A stretch of DNA of 64,000 nucleotides from assembly GCF_017348835.2 (NCBI RefSeq), contig NZ_CP071375.1. One strand, 5' to 3'. A program made the translations under genes and the position numbers. The DNA is from Escherichia coli (GTDB lineage Bacteria > Pseudomonadota > Gammaproteobacteria > Enterobacterales > Enterobacteriaceae). This document shows positions 1 to 14,616 of the stretch, piece by piece (position 1 is the first letter of the stretch; each line of letters opens with the position of its first letter). The notes under the pieces are model-generated. The model was not told the DNA's origin. It made no database searches and was given only the letters and a program-made list of their open reading frames with translations.

Positions 1-548
1 TGGATTACCAGACTGGCCCGATTATCTGGGGTGAACCAGGCACTAACGGTCAGCACGCGTTCTACCAGCTGATCCATCAGGGAACCAAAATGGTACCGTG
101 CGATTTCATCGCCCCGGCTATCACCCATAACCCGCTCTCTGATCATCACCAGAAACTGCTGTCTAACTTCTTTGCTCAGACCGAAGCGCTGGCGTTTGGT
201 AAATCCCGCGAAGTGGTTGAGCAGGAATATCGCGATCAGGGTAAAGATCCGGCAACGCTTGACTACGTGGTTCCGTTCAAAGTGTTCGAAGGTAACCGCC
301 CGACCAACTCTATCCTGTTGCGCGAAATCACTCCGTTCAGCCTGGGTGCGTTGATTGCGCTGTATGAGCACAAAATCTTTACTCAGGGCGTGATCCTGAA
401 CATCTTCACCTTCGACCAGTGGGGCGTGGAACTGGGTAAACAGCTGGCGAACCGTATTCTGCCAGAGCTGAAAGATGATAAAGAAATCAGCAGCCACGAT
501 AGCTCGACCAATGGTCTGATTAACCGCTATAAAGCGTGGCGCGGTTAA
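1..548 (+). CDS. pgi: glucose-6-phosphate isomerase, C-terminal part (5' end lies upstream of window)
   Basis: ORF ending 548 translates to the Pgi C-terminus (...[36 protein letters not shown]...); frame is open back to the window edge. Confidence 0.9.
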
Positions 549-559
549 TCATCGTTCAT

Positions 560-652
560 GCCTGATGCCGCTATGTAGGCCGGATAAGGCGTTCACGCCG
601 CATCCGGCAACCGATGCCTGATGCGACGCGGTCGCGTCTTATCAGGCCTACA
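560..652. repeat. REP/BIME palindromic elements
   Basis: gccggataaggcgttcacgccgcatccggc and gcctgatgcgacgc...gtcttatcaggcctac motifs typical of enterobacterial REP. Confidence 0.8.
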
Positions 653-1059
653 GGTCGATGCCGATATGTACATCGTATTCGGCAATTAATACATAGCACG
701 ATTGATTAAATAACCTTAATAACAATGCCGACGTTATGTCGGCATTGTTTTATCAGATAAATCCCCTTGTCTGTTATTTAACGGAAATCATACCGTGAGG
801 TTAATCCTAAAATAGATTTTTAATCGTGATTGATTTCGGAAAATACTCAGATTAATTACTTTTACTTTTATTTTAACATTATGATTTTTAATATTATTTA
901 TATATAAGTTGTAGCTTATATTTGATATTCATTCCAATTATCCTAAAACCCCATCTCTAATTCCCCGCGCCGTAATTCGCATGCTTTAGTTGTGTATACT
1001 CGATCCCGCCCGAAATGTTTTTGGGTAAATCTCCATTCATTCAATGAAGGGAAATTGTT

Positions 1060-1302
1060 ATGAAAAAAGTTCTGTATGGCATTTTTGCCATATCTGCGCT
1101 TGCGGCGACTTCTGCGTGGGCTGCACCTGTACAGGTGGGCGAAGCGGCAGGGTCGGCAGCAACGTCGGTTTCGGCGGGGAGTTCCTCCGCGACCAGCGTC
1201 AGCACCGTAAGCTCGGCGGTGGGGGGCGCGCTCGCGGCAACCGGTGGCGGTGATGGTTCTAATACCGGGACCACAACAACCACGACCACCAGTACCCAGT
1301 AA
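1060..1302 (+). CDS. yjbE: small secreted Gly/Ser/Thr/Ala-rich protein, first gene of yjbEFGH exopolysaccharide-associated operon
   Basis: 80-aa ORF with signal peptide [21 protein letters not shown] and low-complexity tail ending [10 protein letters not shown]; position after pgi. Confidence 0.85.
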   Translation: MKKVLYGIFAISALAATSAWAAPVQVGEAAGSAATSVSAGSSSATSVSTVSSAVGGALAATGGGDGSNTGTTTTTTTSTQ

Positions 1303-1415
1303 TAAAGTATGTATCCCCAAAATAATTCGAGTCATCACATCTGTGGCTTGAAGTATGAAGGGATTTACCATAACCACACTCCGGTGTGGTTATTCTGCCC
1401 CTCTGGAGAAGAGTC

Positions 1416-2054
1416 GTGAAGCGACCTGCATTCATTCTTATCTGCCTGCTATTACAGGCCTGTTCAGCCACGACTAAAGAGCTGGGCAATTCACTGTGGG
1501 ACAGTCTGTTCGGTACGCCAGGTGTACAGCTGACGGACGATGATATTCAAAATATGCCCTACGCCAGCCAGTACATGCAGCTTAATGGCGGGCCGCAGTT
1601 ATTTGTGGTGCTGGCCTTCGCTGAAGACGGACAACAAAAATGGGTCACTCAGGATCAGGCCACTCTCGTCACACAACATGGTCGTCTGGTGAAGACTCTG
1701 CTTGGCGGCGACAACTTGATTGAGGTGAATAACCTTGCCGCCGACCCGCTGATTAAACCCGCACAAATCATTGATGGTGCAACTTGGACGCGCACGATGG
1801 GCTGGACCGAATACCAGCAGGTACGCTACGCCACCGCACGCTCAGTCTTCAAATGGGATGGCACCGATACCGTCAAAGTCGGCAGCGATGAAACCCCGGT
1901 TCGCGTGCTGGACGAAGAAGTCTCCACCAACCAGGCGCGCTGGCATAACCGCTATTGGATCGACAGCGAAGGGCAAATTCGCCAGTCGGAACAGTATCTC
2001 GGCGCGGATTATTTCCCGGTGAAAACCACCCTCATCAAGGCGGCAAAACAATGA
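1416..2054 (+). CDS. yjbF: lipoprotein YjbF (GfcB-like)
   Basis: ORF 1386..2054; likely start is GTG at 1416 giving MKRPAFILICLLLQAC lipobox; overlaps yjbG start by 4 nt. Confidence 0.8.
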   Translation: MKRPAFILICLLLQACSATTKELGNSLWDSLFGTPGVQLTDDDIQNMPYASQYMQLNGGPQLFVVLAFAEDGQQKWVTQDQATLVTQHGRLVKTLLGGDNLIEVNNLAADPLIKPAQIIDGATWTRTMGWTEYQQVRYATARSVFKWDGTDTVKVGSDETPVRVLDEEVSTNQARWHNRYWIDSEGQIRQSEQYLGADYFPVKTTLIKAAKQ

Positions 2055-2788
2055 TCAAACAAACTTTTGTCGCGTTGCTTTTGAGTGTGGGAGCGTCATC
2101 GGTCTTCGCGGCAGGAACCGTCAAGGTGTTCAGCAATGGCAGCAGTGAGGCCAAAACACTAACAGGCGCAGAGCATTTAATCGATCTGGTAGGCCAACCG
2201 CGGCTGGCAAACAGCTGGTGGCCCGGTGCGGTGATCAGCGAAGAGCTGGCAACGGCGGCAGCATTGCGTCAGCAGCAGGCGTTGCTGACACGGCTGGCAG
2301 AACTGGCCGCAGACTCCAGCGCTGATGATGCCGCTGCGATTAACGCCTTACGCCAGCAAATTCAGGCGTTGAAAGTGACGGGTAGGCAAAAAATCAATCT
2401 TGATCCCGATATCGTCCGCGTTGCCGAACGCGGTAACCCGCCGTTGCAGGGGAACTACACGCTGTGGGTCGGACCACCGCCGTCCACGGTCACGTTGTTC
2501 GGGCTTATCAGCCGTCCTGGCAAGCAGCCATTCACTCCAGGTCGCGACGTGGCGAGCTATCTCTCTGACCAGAGCCTGCTCAGCGGTGCGGATCGCAGCT
2601 ACGCGTGGGTGGTTTACCCGGACGGACGCACGCAAAAAGCGCCGGTGGCTTACTGGAACAAGCGTCACGTAGAGCCGATGCCCGGCAGCATTATTTATGT
2701 TGGCCTCGCGGACTCCGTCTGGAGTGAGACGCCTGATGCCCTTAACGCCGACATTCTTCAGACTCTGACGCAGCGGATACCTCAATAA
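2051..2788 (+). CDS. yjbG: periplasmic protein YjbG (GfcC-like)
   Basis: ATG at 2051 giving [20 protein letters not shown] signal peptide; 245 codons; listed ORF starts earlier at an alternative codon. Confidence 0.8.
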   Translation: MIKQTFVALLLSVGASSVFAAGTVKVFSNGSSEAKTLTGAEHLIDLVGQPRLANSWWPGAVISEELATAAALRQQQALLTRLAELAADSSADDAAAINALRQQIQALKVTGRQKINLDPDIVRVAERGNPPLQGNYTLWVGPPPSTVTLFGLISRPGKQPFTPGRDVASYLSDQSLLSGADRSYAWVVYPDGRTQKAPVAYWNKRHVEPMPGSIIYVGLADSVWSETPDALNADILQTLTQRIPQ

Positions 2789-4884
2789 TGAAAAAAAGAC
2801 ATCTGCTTAGCTTACTGGCGCTGGGCATTAGCACAGCTTGCTACGGCGAAACATATCCTGCGCCCATTGGTCCGTCGCAGTCGGATTTCGGTGGCGTAGG
2901 ATTATTACAAACGCCCACGGCTCGCATGGCGCGGGAAGGGGAGTTGAGTCTGAACTATCGCGATAACGATCAGTACCGTTATTACTCAGCTTCAGTGCAA
3001 CTCTTCCCGTGGCTGGAAACAACGCTGCGCTACACCGACGTGCGCACCCGGCAGTACAGCAGCGTCGAAGCGTTCTCTGGCGATCAAACGTATAAAGATA
3101 AAGCCTTCGATCTCAAACTGCGTTTGTGGGAAGAGAGTTACTGGCTGCCGCAAGTGGCGGTTGGTGCGCGGGATATCGGCGGTACGGGGCTGTTTGATGC
3201 GGAATATCTTGTTGCCAGCAAAGCCTGGGGGCCGTTCGATTTTACGCTCGGCCTGGGCTGGGGGTATTTGGGCACCAGCGGTAATGTGAAAAATCCGCTC
3301 TGTTCAGCCAGTGATAAATATTGCTATCGCGATAACAGCTACAAACAGGCGGGATCTATCTACGGTAGCCAGATGTTCCACGGTCCTGCCTCACTGTTTG
3401 GCGGCGTGGAATACCAGACGCCCTGGCAACCGCTGCGCCTGAAACTGGAGTATGAAGGCAATAATTATCAGCAGGATTTTGCCGGTAAGCTGGAGCAAAA
3501 AAGTAAGTTTAACGTCGGGGCGATTTATCGCGTTACCGATTGGGCCGACGTTAACCTTAGCTATGAACGTGGCAACACCTTTATGTTTGGCGTCACGCTG
3601 CGCACCAACTTTAACGATCTGCGCCCGTCTTACAACGATAACGCCCGCCCGCAATATCAACCGCAGCCGCAGGATGCCATTTTGCAGCATTCGGTGGTGG
3701 CGAATCAGTTAACGCTGTTGAAATACAATGCCGGACTTGCCGATCCGCAGATCCAGGCGAAAGGCGATACGCTGTATGTTACCGGCGAGCAGGTGAAATA
3801 TCGTGATTCGCGCGAAGGGATCATCCGTGCTAATCGGATCGTGATGAATGATCTGCCGGATGGGATCAAGACGATCCGCGTTACGGAAAATCGCCTTAAC
3901 ATGCCGCAGGTGACGACGGAAACGGATGTCGCCAGCCTGAAAAATCATCTCGCCGGAGAGCCGTTGGGCCACGAAACGAAGCTGGCGCAAAAACGCGTCG
4001 AGCCAGTGGTTCCGAAGTCCACCGAGCAGGGCTGGTATATCGACAAATCGCGCTTTGATTTCCATATCGATCCGGTGCTGAACCAGTCGGTCGGTGGCCC
4101 GGAAAACTTTTACATGTATCAGCTGGGCGTGATGGGAACGGCAGATTTGTGGCTGACGGACCATCTGCTCACCACCGGCAGCCTGTTTGCAAATCTTGCC
4201 AACAACTACGACAAGTTTAACTACACCAATCCGCCGCAGGACTCGCACTTACCGCGCGTGCGTACCCATGTGCGCGAGTATGTGCAGAACGATGTCTATG
4301 TGAATAACCTGCAAGCCAACTACTTCCAGCATCTGGGCAACGGCTTCTACGGTCAGGTCTACGGCGGCTATCTCGAAACCATGTTTGGCGGTGCGGGGGC
4401 TGAGGTGTTGTATCGCCCGCTGGACAGCAACTGGGCGTTTGGTCTGGATGCCAACTACGTTAAACAGCGCGACTGGCGTAGCGCGAAAGATATGATGAAA
4501 TTCACCGACTACAGCGCGAAAACCGGACATCTGACCGCGTACTGGACGCCATCTTTCGCCCAGGACGTGTTGGTGAAAGCGAGCGTTGGGCAGTATCTGG
4601 CAGGGGATAAAGGCGGCACGCTGGAGATCGCCAAACGCTTTGATAGCGGTGTGGTGGTGGGTGGCTATGCCACGATCACGAATGTTTCGAAAGAGGAGTA
4701 CGGCGAAGGGGACTTCACCAAAGGCGTGTATGTCTCTGTACCGTTGGATCTCTTCTCGTCTGGCCCGACACGCAGCCGTGCGGCGATTGGCTGGACGCCG
4801 CTGACGCGTGACGGTGGTCAGCAACTTGGGCGTAAGTTCCAGTTGTATGACATGACCAGCGACCGTAGCGTCAATTTCCGCTAA
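2788..4884 (+). CDS. yjbH: outer-membrane beta-barrel protein YjbH (GfcD-like)
   Basis: 698-aa ORF, signal peptide [21 protein letters not shown]-terminal ...SVNFR; start overlaps yjbG stop by 1 nt. Confidence 0.85.
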   Translation: MKKRHLLSLLALGISTACYGETYPAPIGPSQSDFGGVGLLQTPTARMAREGELSLNYRDNDQYRYYSASVQLFPWLETTLRYTDVRTRQYSSVEAFSGDQTYKDKAFDLKLRLWEESYWLPQVAVGARDIGGTGLFDAEYLVASKAWGPFDFTLGLGWGYLGTSGNVKNPLCSASDKYCYRDNSYKQAGSIYGSQMFHGPASLFGGVEYQTPWQPLRLKLEYEGNNYQQDFAGKLEQKSKFNVGAIYRVTDWADVNLSYERGNTFMFGVTLRTNFNDLRPSYNDNARPQYQPQPQDAILQHSVVANQLTLLKYNAGLADPQIQAKGDTLYVTGEQVKYRDSREGIIRANRIVMNDLPDGIKTIRVTENRLNMPQVTTETDVASLKNHLAGEPLGHETKLAQKRVEPVVPKSTEQGWYIDKSRFDFHIDPVLNQSVGGPENFYMYQLGVMGTADLWLTDHLLTTGSLFANLANNYDKFNYTNPPQDSHLPRVRTHVREYVQNDVYVNNLQANYFQHLGNGFYGQVYGGYLETMFGGAGAEVLYRPLDSNWAFGLDANYVKQRDWRSAKDMMKFTDYSAKTGHLTAYWTPSFAQDVLVKASVGQYLAGDKGGTLEIAKRFDSGVVVGGYATITNVSKEEYGEGDFTKGVYVSVPLDLFSSGPTRSRAAIGWTPLTRDGGQQLGRKFQLYDMTSDRSVNFR

Positions 4885-4930
4885 GTCATGGGAAAGGTGC
4901 CAGTTTTCGCACTCACTGGCACCTTCATTC

Positions 4931-5209
4931 TTAATGGCCTGTCGAGCCATCAGGAACGCAGTTCACCCCCGGTTTGCGATCTGGTGTGTAAAGGCGAAAA
5001 CATTCTGTCTTCCTGTCCGTCGATATCGGTTGCAGGTCTGGTTGCCTGAGCGACTGGGCCATCATTGGGCTGGAGACATTGCTTTGCGGTAGGTCGGCTT
5101 TATCAGCAGTACCGAGCGGACCAGCATAAGCAGGAAGAACAGAGACTGATAACATCAAAGCAGCAAAATAAGGCTTCATTTTTACCACCTTTATCAGGTT
5201 ACGTTTCAT
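4931..5209 (-). CDS. yjbT: small putative periplasmic protein
   Basis: 92-aa ORF with signal peptide (MKPYFAALMLSVSVLPAYA) located between yjbH and psiE. Confidence 0.6.
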   Translation of the reverse strand: MKRNLIKVVKMKPYFAALMLSVSVLPAYAGPLGTADKADLPQSNVSSPMMAQSLRQPDLQPISTDRKTECFRLYTPDRKPGVNCVPDGSTGH

Positions 5210-5310
5210 TTGTTCCAGAGGAACATTGTCGATTTTTCGCGCATTGCTGGTGGCTGGGAATCACCTGAATGGGTGATTTTTGAATTACCGGCTTTGGTGC
5301 GGTTTGTCTT

Positions 5311-5352
5311 GCCGGATGCGCCGCCAGGCGCGGCTTATCCGGCCTACGGGTA
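5311..5352. repeat. REP element
   Basis: gccggatgcgccgccaggcgcggcttatccggcctac. Confidence 0.7.
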
Positions 5353-5478
5353 GGTATATCCGGCTTTGGTGGAGGCGCGCTCCAAATCCAGGTTGAACAA
5401 AACATACACAAAAAATATAGATCTCCGTCACATTTTTGCGTTATACAGGAAGCTCGCCACTGTGAAGGAGGTACTGCT

Positions 5479-5889
5479 ATGACGTCACTCTCTCGTCCGC
5501 GCGTGGAGTTTATCTCCACCATTTTGCAGACCGTACTCAATCTTGGCCTGCTGTGCCTCGGCCTGATTTTGGTTGTCTTCCTCGGCAAAGAAACGGTGCA
5601 TCTGGCTGATGTGCTGTTCGCGCCAGAACAAACCAGCAAATATGAGCTGGTAGAAGGACTGGTGGTTTACTTTCTCTATTTCGAATTTATCGCGCTGATT
5701 GTGAAGTACTTTCAGTCCGGTTTTCACTTCCCGCTACGTTACTTTGTCTATATTGGGATCACCGCCATTGTGCGCTTGATCATCGTCGATCATAAATCGC
5801 CACTGGATGTGTTGATCTACTCGGCTGCGATCCTGTTACTGGTGATCACCCTGTGGCTGTGTAATTCGAAACGGCTGAAGCGGGAGTAA
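5479..5889 (+). CDS. psiE: phosphate-starvation-inducible inner membrane protein PsiE
   Basis: 136-aa [28 protein letters not shown]... with SD aaggagg upstream. Confidence 0.9.
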
Positions 5890-5922
5890 AAAGACAGCAC
5901 GCCGAACTGGCGCGGCGTGCTG
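5888..5922 (-). terminator. stem-loop between psiE and xylE, probable xylE (or bidirectional) terminator
   Basis: inverted repeat cagcacgccg...cggcgtgctg; T-rich on the minus strand after the stem. Confidence 0.5.
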
Positions 5923-5932
5923 GACAGGAAGA

Positions 5933-7408
5933 TTACAGCGTAGCAGTTTGTTGTGTTTTCTTCGTTTCCGGTTCCCAGAGGGCTTCCAGCTCCTCAAGGG
6001 TTTTACCTTTGGTTTCCGGGACAAATTTCCACATAAACAGTGCTGCCAGAACGCCCATACAACCGTAAATCCAGTAGGAGAAACCGTTGTGGAAATGGGT
6101 CACCAGCCAGGAGTTTTTGTCCATCATCGGGAAGGTCCAGGAGACGAAGTAGTTCGCCAGCCACTGGGCCGCCACCGCGATTGCCAGCGCTTTACCACGA
6201 ATAGCATTCGGGAAGATTTCCGACAGCAGTACCCAGCATACCGGACCCCAGGACATGGCAAAGGCGGCAACATAGAACAGCATCGACAGTAGCGCCACAA
6301 TACCCGGTGCCTGAGTGTAAAACGCGGTACCGAGGCTAAACATACCGATTGCCATTCCGAGTGCGCCGATAATTTGCAGTGGCTTACGACCAAATTTATC
6401 CACCGTCATAATTGCCAGAACGGTGAAGGTGAGGTTGATAACTCCGACAATAATGGTCTGCAACAGCGCGATATCCGTGCTGGCCCCCAGCGTTTTGAAC
6501 ACTTCCGGCGCGTAGTACAGCACCACATTGATGCCGACAAATTGCTGGAAGATGGAGAGCATAACGCCGATTACAATCACGCCCACGCCAAACATCAGCA
6601 GACGACCACCGGTTTTGCGGCCATGATCCAGGGAGTGTTTAATTTCCTGTACTGCCTGAGTTGCAAGCGTGTTGCCCATAATTTTGCGCAGGATACTTTC
6701 CGCCTGTTCTTGCTTGCCGCGTGACATCAGCCAGCGAGGACTTTCTGGCACGGTATACAGCAGCATTAAGAACAGCAGTGCAGGGATACATTCCGAGGCA
6801 AACATATAACGCCAGCCGTCGGTATTCAGCCAGCTGGCATCACCGGAACGGGCAATAAAATAGTTTACGCAGTAAACTAAAAGTTGCCCGAAAATAATCG
6901 CAAACTGGTTAAATGAAACCAGTTTCCCGCGAATATGAGCTGGAGCCAGTTCCGCAATATACATTGGTGAAAGCATTGAGGCTAAACCAACGCCAATACC
7001 GCCAATAATGCGATAAATAACAAATTCCGGGACATAACCTGCCAGATAAACAGGCACTGTGTTGTCCGGATTTATTGAGGTAAACCCAAGTTCTGGCCAG
7101 GCAGAACCTACACCAGAAATAAAAAACAGGACAGCAGCAATCTTAAGTGAATCACGACGACCGAAGCGGTTACTGCAATAACCACCGAGGGCACCGCCGA
7201 TGATGCAACCAATCAGAGCGCTGGCTACGCAAAACCCTAACAGGGAGTTGGCAGCGGATTCACTTAAGTTTTGTGGAGCAACAAAGACGGTATTGAGTGA
7301 CTCAACAGTACCGGAAATAACGGCGGTGTCGTAGCCAAATAATAAACCACCTAATGTAGCGACTAAGGTAATCGAAAATATATAACTGGAATTATACTGG
7401 GTATTCAT
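5933..7408 (-). CDS. xylE: D-xylose:proton symporter (MFS)
   Basis: 491-aa ORF MNTQYNSSYIFSITLVATLGGLLFGYDTAVISGT..., sugar-transporter signature. Confidence 0.95.
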   Translation of the reverse strand: MNTQYNSSYIFSITLVATLGGLLFGYDTAVISGTVESLNTVFVAPQNLSESAANSLLGFCVASALIGCIIGGALGGYCSNRFGRRDSLKIAAVLFFISGVGSAWPELGFTSINPDNTVPVYLAGYVPEFVIYRIIGGIGVGLASMLSPMYIAELAPAHIRGKLVSFNQFAIIFGQLLVYCVNYFIARSGDASWLNTDGWRYMFASECIPALLFLMLLYTVPESPRWLMSRGKQEQAESILRKIMGNTLATQAVQEIKHSLDHGRKTGGRLLMFGVGVIVIGVMLSIFQQFVGINVVLYYAPEVFKTLGASTDIALLQTIIVGVINLTFTVLAIMTVDKFGRKPLQIIGALGMAIGMFSLGTAFYTQAPGIVALLSMLFYVAAFAMSWGPVCWVLLSEIFPNAIRGKALAIAVAAQWLANYFVSWTFPMMDKNSWLVTHFHNGFSYWIYGCMGVLAALFMWKFVPETKGKTLEELEALWEPETKKTQQTATL

Positions 7409-7683
7409 TCAGACCTGCCTTAGACCATTCTGATCTTTTATCAGTGCATTGATGTTGGAATTGTCAGGCAGTTAAGGCAATTATCATTTTTTACAATGCG
7501 TTTACGTAATGTCTTTTCTGTGATCTTAATTGTGATAATTATCTAAAATTGATGAAAACAATACTATTGCCGTGACTCAGAGCACGAAAGAGAATTATCG
7601 TAAGTGGGAAAACAAATAACGTAAAAATAATAAGCTCTATGATGGAAATATTAACCGGCGAACGATTCAGATTGCAGACAAAA

Positions 7684-7709
7684 GAAAAAAAGGCGCTCCG
7701 TGGAGCGCC
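7684..7709 (-). terminator. rho-independent terminator downstream of malG
   Basis: ggcgctccgtggagcgcc hairpin flanked by an A-run on + strand (T-run on - strand). Confidence 0.7.
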
Positions 7710-7779
7710 GAATAACAGTCACAAGTTGGGATAACGTAAGTTGAGGGTGCAGCGGCATAACATTGGCAGAACAACATCT

Positions 7780-8670
7780 TTAACCTTTCACACCACCTGC
7801 CGTCAGGCCGTTGACCAGCCAGCGTTGAGCCAGCAAGAAGACGATGGTGATCGGTAATGCAGACATCACGGCAGCGGCGGCAAAGTCACCCCACAGGTAG
7901 TTTTGCGGGTTGAGGTATTGCTGCATCCCCACGGCCAGGGTGTAGCTGTTTACGTCACGCAGTAACAGCGATGCGACCGGAACTTCAGTAATGGCAGCGA
8001 TAAACGACAGGATGAACACCACCGCCAGAATCGGTACTGACAGCGGCAACAGGACAAGGCGGAAGGCCTGCCACGGTGTCGCACCATCCAGCGCAGCCGC
8101 TTCTTCCAGCGAACTGTCGATGGTTTCGAAATAGCCTTTGATGGTCCAGACATGCAGCGCAATCCCACCCAGATACGCGAAAATTACGCCGCCGTGAGTA
8201 TTCAGGCCAATGAATGGAATGTACTCACCCAGACGATCAAACAACGCATACAACGCGACCAGTGAAAGTACTGCCGGGAACATCTGGAAAATCAGCATTC
8301 CTTTCAGCAGCGTCGCTTTGCCTGGAAAGCGCATACGGGCGAAAGCGTAGGCGCAGGTGGTGGAGAGCGCCACAATGCCAATCGCGGAAATCCCGGCGAC
8401 CTTTACCGAGTTCCATAGCCACAGCAGTACCGGGAATGGCGGTGGCGTAATGCGACCATCAGCCTGTTCCACGCTAAAACCTAACGCCAGTTTCCAGTGA
8501 TCCCAGGAGATTTGCTCCGGGATCAGGCTGCCGGTCGCAAAGTTCCCCTGGCGCAGTGAGATGGCGACGACCATCAGCAGCGGGAACATAATCGCCGCGA
8601 TAAAAAGTAGCAGTAGCAGGTGAGTAATAAACAAACGTGCTTTTTGCGATTTCGGTTGGACCATTGCCAT
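7780..8670 (-). CDS. malG: maltose ABC transporter permease MalG
   Basis: 296-aa [35 protein letters not shown]... Confidence 0.95.
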
Positions 8671-8684
8671 TTTTGTTATCTCCC

Positions 8685-10229
8685 TTAATCAAACTTCATT
8701 CGCGTGGCTTTCAGGTTCACTATCGCCAGCGCACCCACCAGCAGGAAGATCAGCGTGGCAATTGCTGCTGCCAGACCGAAGTCCTGACCCCCGCCGCCTT
8801 CAAAAGCGATGCGGTAGGTGTAGTTAACAAGCAGGTCGGTATAACCGGCTGGCGTGGTCGTGCCAAGACGATCCGGGCCTCCGTTGGTTAACAGTTGAAT
8901 CAGCACGAAGTTGTTAAAGTTAAAGGCGAAGCTGGCGATCATCAGCGGCGTCAGCGGTTTAATCAGCAGCGGCAGCGTAATCTTAAAGAAGTTCTGGAAC
9001 GGACCTGCGCCATCCATTGCTGAGGCTTCATACAAATCGTCCGGAATCGCTTTCAGCAAGCCCATGCAGAGGATCATCATGTACGGATAACCCAGCCAGG
9101 TATTGACGATAATCAGCATCGTTCGGGCGGTGGTCGGATCGCTGAACCAGGCGGGCTTCACGCCAAACAGCGCGCTCAACATCATGTTGATTTCACCGAA
9201 GCTCTGGTTAAACAACCCTTTGAAAATCAAGATTGAAATGAATGATGGCACCGCGTAGGGCAGAATCAGCAGGACGCGATAGACCGCTTTGCCGCGCAAC
9301 GCTTCCCACTGCACCAGACATGCCAGAACCATGCCGACCGCCACCGTTAAAAAGACGGTGATCAGTGAAAACACCACGGTCCAGACGAAAATGGCGAGGA
9401 ACGGTTTCTGAATGCCTTCGTCGGTGAAGACGCGGGTAAAGTTTTTCCAGCCGGTGGTCACGGTGTAACCGGGGCTTAGCTTTTCATCACCCCAGTTGCC
9501 GTCGGCGGTAATGGACTGGTAAAAGCCAATTTGGTTATTCGGACGATATTTCACGCCGCTCTGATTATTCGTCAACGTGCCGTCACCGTCGAGTGTGTAG
9601 AGCGGCTGCGTGCCAGAAAACTGGCGCAGGGAGCTCATCATCACTTTGTTGCCATCCGGCAGAATGGCGGTAATGTCACTCAGCGCCTGACGATTCTGGG
9701 TAATCACGCGTAGATTCGCGCGTTCGCCTTCGGGCTGGGCGGTCGTTTCTTTCAGTTGCAGTTTTTGCTCGCCGCCAAATTTAAAAGCGTCGGAAAGGTA
9801 ATTTTTGCCGGTTTCGCCGTCGCTGAGCGCCAGTTGCCACTCATCGCCCGCCGGGTAAAGACCAAAATTATAGGTTTTGCCTGCTTGCCAGGAGCGATCT
9901 AGCAACACTTCCTGCGCACGTTCAAAAGTCAGCTGGTTAGTGCTGCTGTAGTTGGTGAAGGCAATGGCGATGGTGCAGACCAGAGGGAAGAGGACGAATA
10001 ATCCCATTCCAGCCATTCCCGGGTAAACATAGCGCCAGGCGTAGGCTTTACGATTGGCGAAAATATACAGCCCCGCTGAACTCAATATCAGCGTGGTAAT
10101 GGCAAACAGGTATTCCCCTTGTGCGTACATTAAAACAACAAGGTAACCCACCAGCAGGCCGAGCAGACCTAACACTGACCATTTCAGCGCGTCGCTTTGC
10201 CACCAATGTTTCTTTTTAATGACATCCAT
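8685..10229 (-). CDS. malF: maltose ABC transporter permease MalF
   Basis: canonical [17 protein letters not shown]... start lies 5 codons inside listed ORF 8685..10244; 514 codons. Confidence 0.93.
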
Positions 10230-10244
10230 GGGGTTCTTCCTCAT

Positions 10245-10380
10245 TCCAGGACGGATAAGGCTTTCACGCCTTATCCGACAACAACTGCCTGATGCGACGC
10301 TGACGTGTCTTATCAGGCCTACATACGTTTCGGTTTTGTAGGCCGGACAAGGCGTTCACGCCGCATCCGGCATTTCACAG
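10245..10380. repeat. REP/BIME cluster between malF and malE
   Basis: repeated gcctgatgcgacgc / gtcttatcaggcctac / ggataaggcgttcacgccgcatccggc palindromes. Confidence 0.85.
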
Positions 10381-10382
10381 CA

Positions 10383-11937
<1,555 letters not shown>

Positions 11938-13053
11938 ATGGCGAGCGTACAGCTGCAAAATGTAACGAAAGCCTGGGGCGAGGTCGTGGTATCGAAAGAT
12001 ATCAATCTCGATATCCATGAAGGTGAATTCGTGGTGTTTGTCGGACCGTCTGGCTGCGGTAAATCGACTTTACTGCGCATGATTGCCGGGCTTGAGACGA
12101 TCACCAGCGGCGACCTGTTCATCGGTGAGAAACGGATGAATGACACTCCGCCAGCAGAACGTGGCGTTGGTATGGTGTTTCAGTCCTACGCGCTCTATCC
12201 CCACCTGTCAGTAGCAGAAAACATGTCATTTGGCCTGAAACTGGCAGGCGCAAAAAAAGAGGTGATTAACCAACGCGTCAACCAGGTGGCGGAAGTGCTA
12301 CAACTGGCGCATTTGCTGGATCGCAAACCGAAAGCGCTCTCCGGTGGTCAGCGTCAGCGTGTGGCGATTGGCCGTACGCTGGTGGCCGAGCCAAGCGTAT
12401 TTTTGCTCGATGAACCGCTCTCCAACCTCGATGCTGCACTGCGTGTGCAAATGCGTATCGAAATCTCCCGTCTGCATAAACGCCTGGGCCGCACAATGAT
12501 TTACGTCACCCACGATCAGGTCGAAGCGATGACGCTGGCCGACAAAATCGTGGTGCTGGACGCCGGTCGCGTGGCGCAGGTTGGGAAACCGCTGGAGCTG
12601 TACCACTATCCGGCAGACCGTTTTGTCGCCGGATTTATCGGTTCGCCAAAGATGAACTTCCTGCCGGTAAAAGTGATCGCCACCGCAATCGATCAAGTGC
12701 AGGTGGAGCTGCCGATGCCAAATCGTCAGCAAGTCTGGCTGCCAGTTGAAAGCCGTGATGTCCAGGTTGGAGCCAATATGTCGCTGGGTATTCGCCCGGA
12801 ACATCTACTGCCGAGTGATATCGCTGACGTCATCCTTGAGGGTGAAGTTCAGGTCGTCGAGCAACTCGGCAACGAAACCCAAATCCATATCCAGATCCCT
12901 TCCATTCGTCAAAACCTGGTGTACCGCCAGAACGACGTGGTGTTGGTAGAAGAAGGTGCCACATTCGCTATCGGCCTGCCGCCAGAGCGTTGCCATCTGT
13001 TCCGTGAGGATGGCACTGCATGTCGTCGACTGCATAAGGAGCCGGGCGTTTAA
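11938..13053 (+). CDS. malK: maltose ABC transporter ATPase MalK
   Basis: canonical [44 protein letters not shown]... (Walker A); listed ORF starts 30 codons upstream. Confidence 0.95.
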   Translation: MASVQLQNVTKAWGEVVVSKDINLDIHEGEFVVFVGPSGCGKSTLLRMIAGLETITSGDLFIGEKRMNDTPPAERGVGMVFQSYALYPHLSVAENMSFGLKLAGAKKEVINQRVNQVAEVLQLAHLLDRKPKALSGGQRQRVAIGRTLVAEPSVFLLDEPLSNLDAALRVQMRIEISRLHKRLGRTMIYVTHDQVEAMTLADKIVVLDAGRVAQVGKPLELYHYPADRFVAGFIGSPKMNFLPVKVIATAIDQVQVELPMPNRQQVWLPVESRDVQVGANMSLGIRPEHLLPSDIADVILEGEVQVVEQLGNETQIHIQIPSIRQNLVYRQNDVVLVEEGATFAIGLPPERCHLFREDGTACRRLHKEPGV

Positions 13054-13094
13054 GCACCCCACAAAACACACAAAGCCTGTCACAGGTGATGTGA

Positions 13095-14465
<1,371 letters not shown>

Positions 14466-14477
14466 TAGCAAAACCTG

Positions 14478-14510
14478 GGCCGGATAAGGTGCTTGCGCCG
14501 CATCCGGCAT
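14478..14510. repeat. REP element downstream of lamB
   Basis: gccggataaggtgcttgcgccgcatccggc. Confidence 0.8.
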
Positions 14511-14616
14511 AAAAACAGGCTGTCATTATCTGAAAGGGGCGCAAGCCCCTCTGATTATCGGGTTTAGCGCGCTATTGCCTGGCTACCGCTGAGCTCCAGA
14601 TTTTGAGGTGAAAACA

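Noticed and set aside
1041-1302. Overlapping sense and antisense ORFs (82 aa minus, 69 aa plus) within yjbE
   Set aside because: They arise from the low-complexity GC-rich Ala/Gly/Ser/Thr coding repeat; the signal-peptide-bearing plus-strand frame is the only one with a plausible start and context.
5400-5478. Pho box upstream of psiE
   Set aside because: Only one 7-bp half (CCGTCAC) approximates the CTGTCAT repeat; the second repeat is a poor match, so I could not place the PhoB site confidently.
10245-10380. Possible CRISPR array suggested by repeated palindromes in intergenic regions
   Set aside because: The repeats are imperfect REP/BIME palindromes of varying spacing and orientation, with no regular repeat-spacer periodicity and no cas genes in the window.
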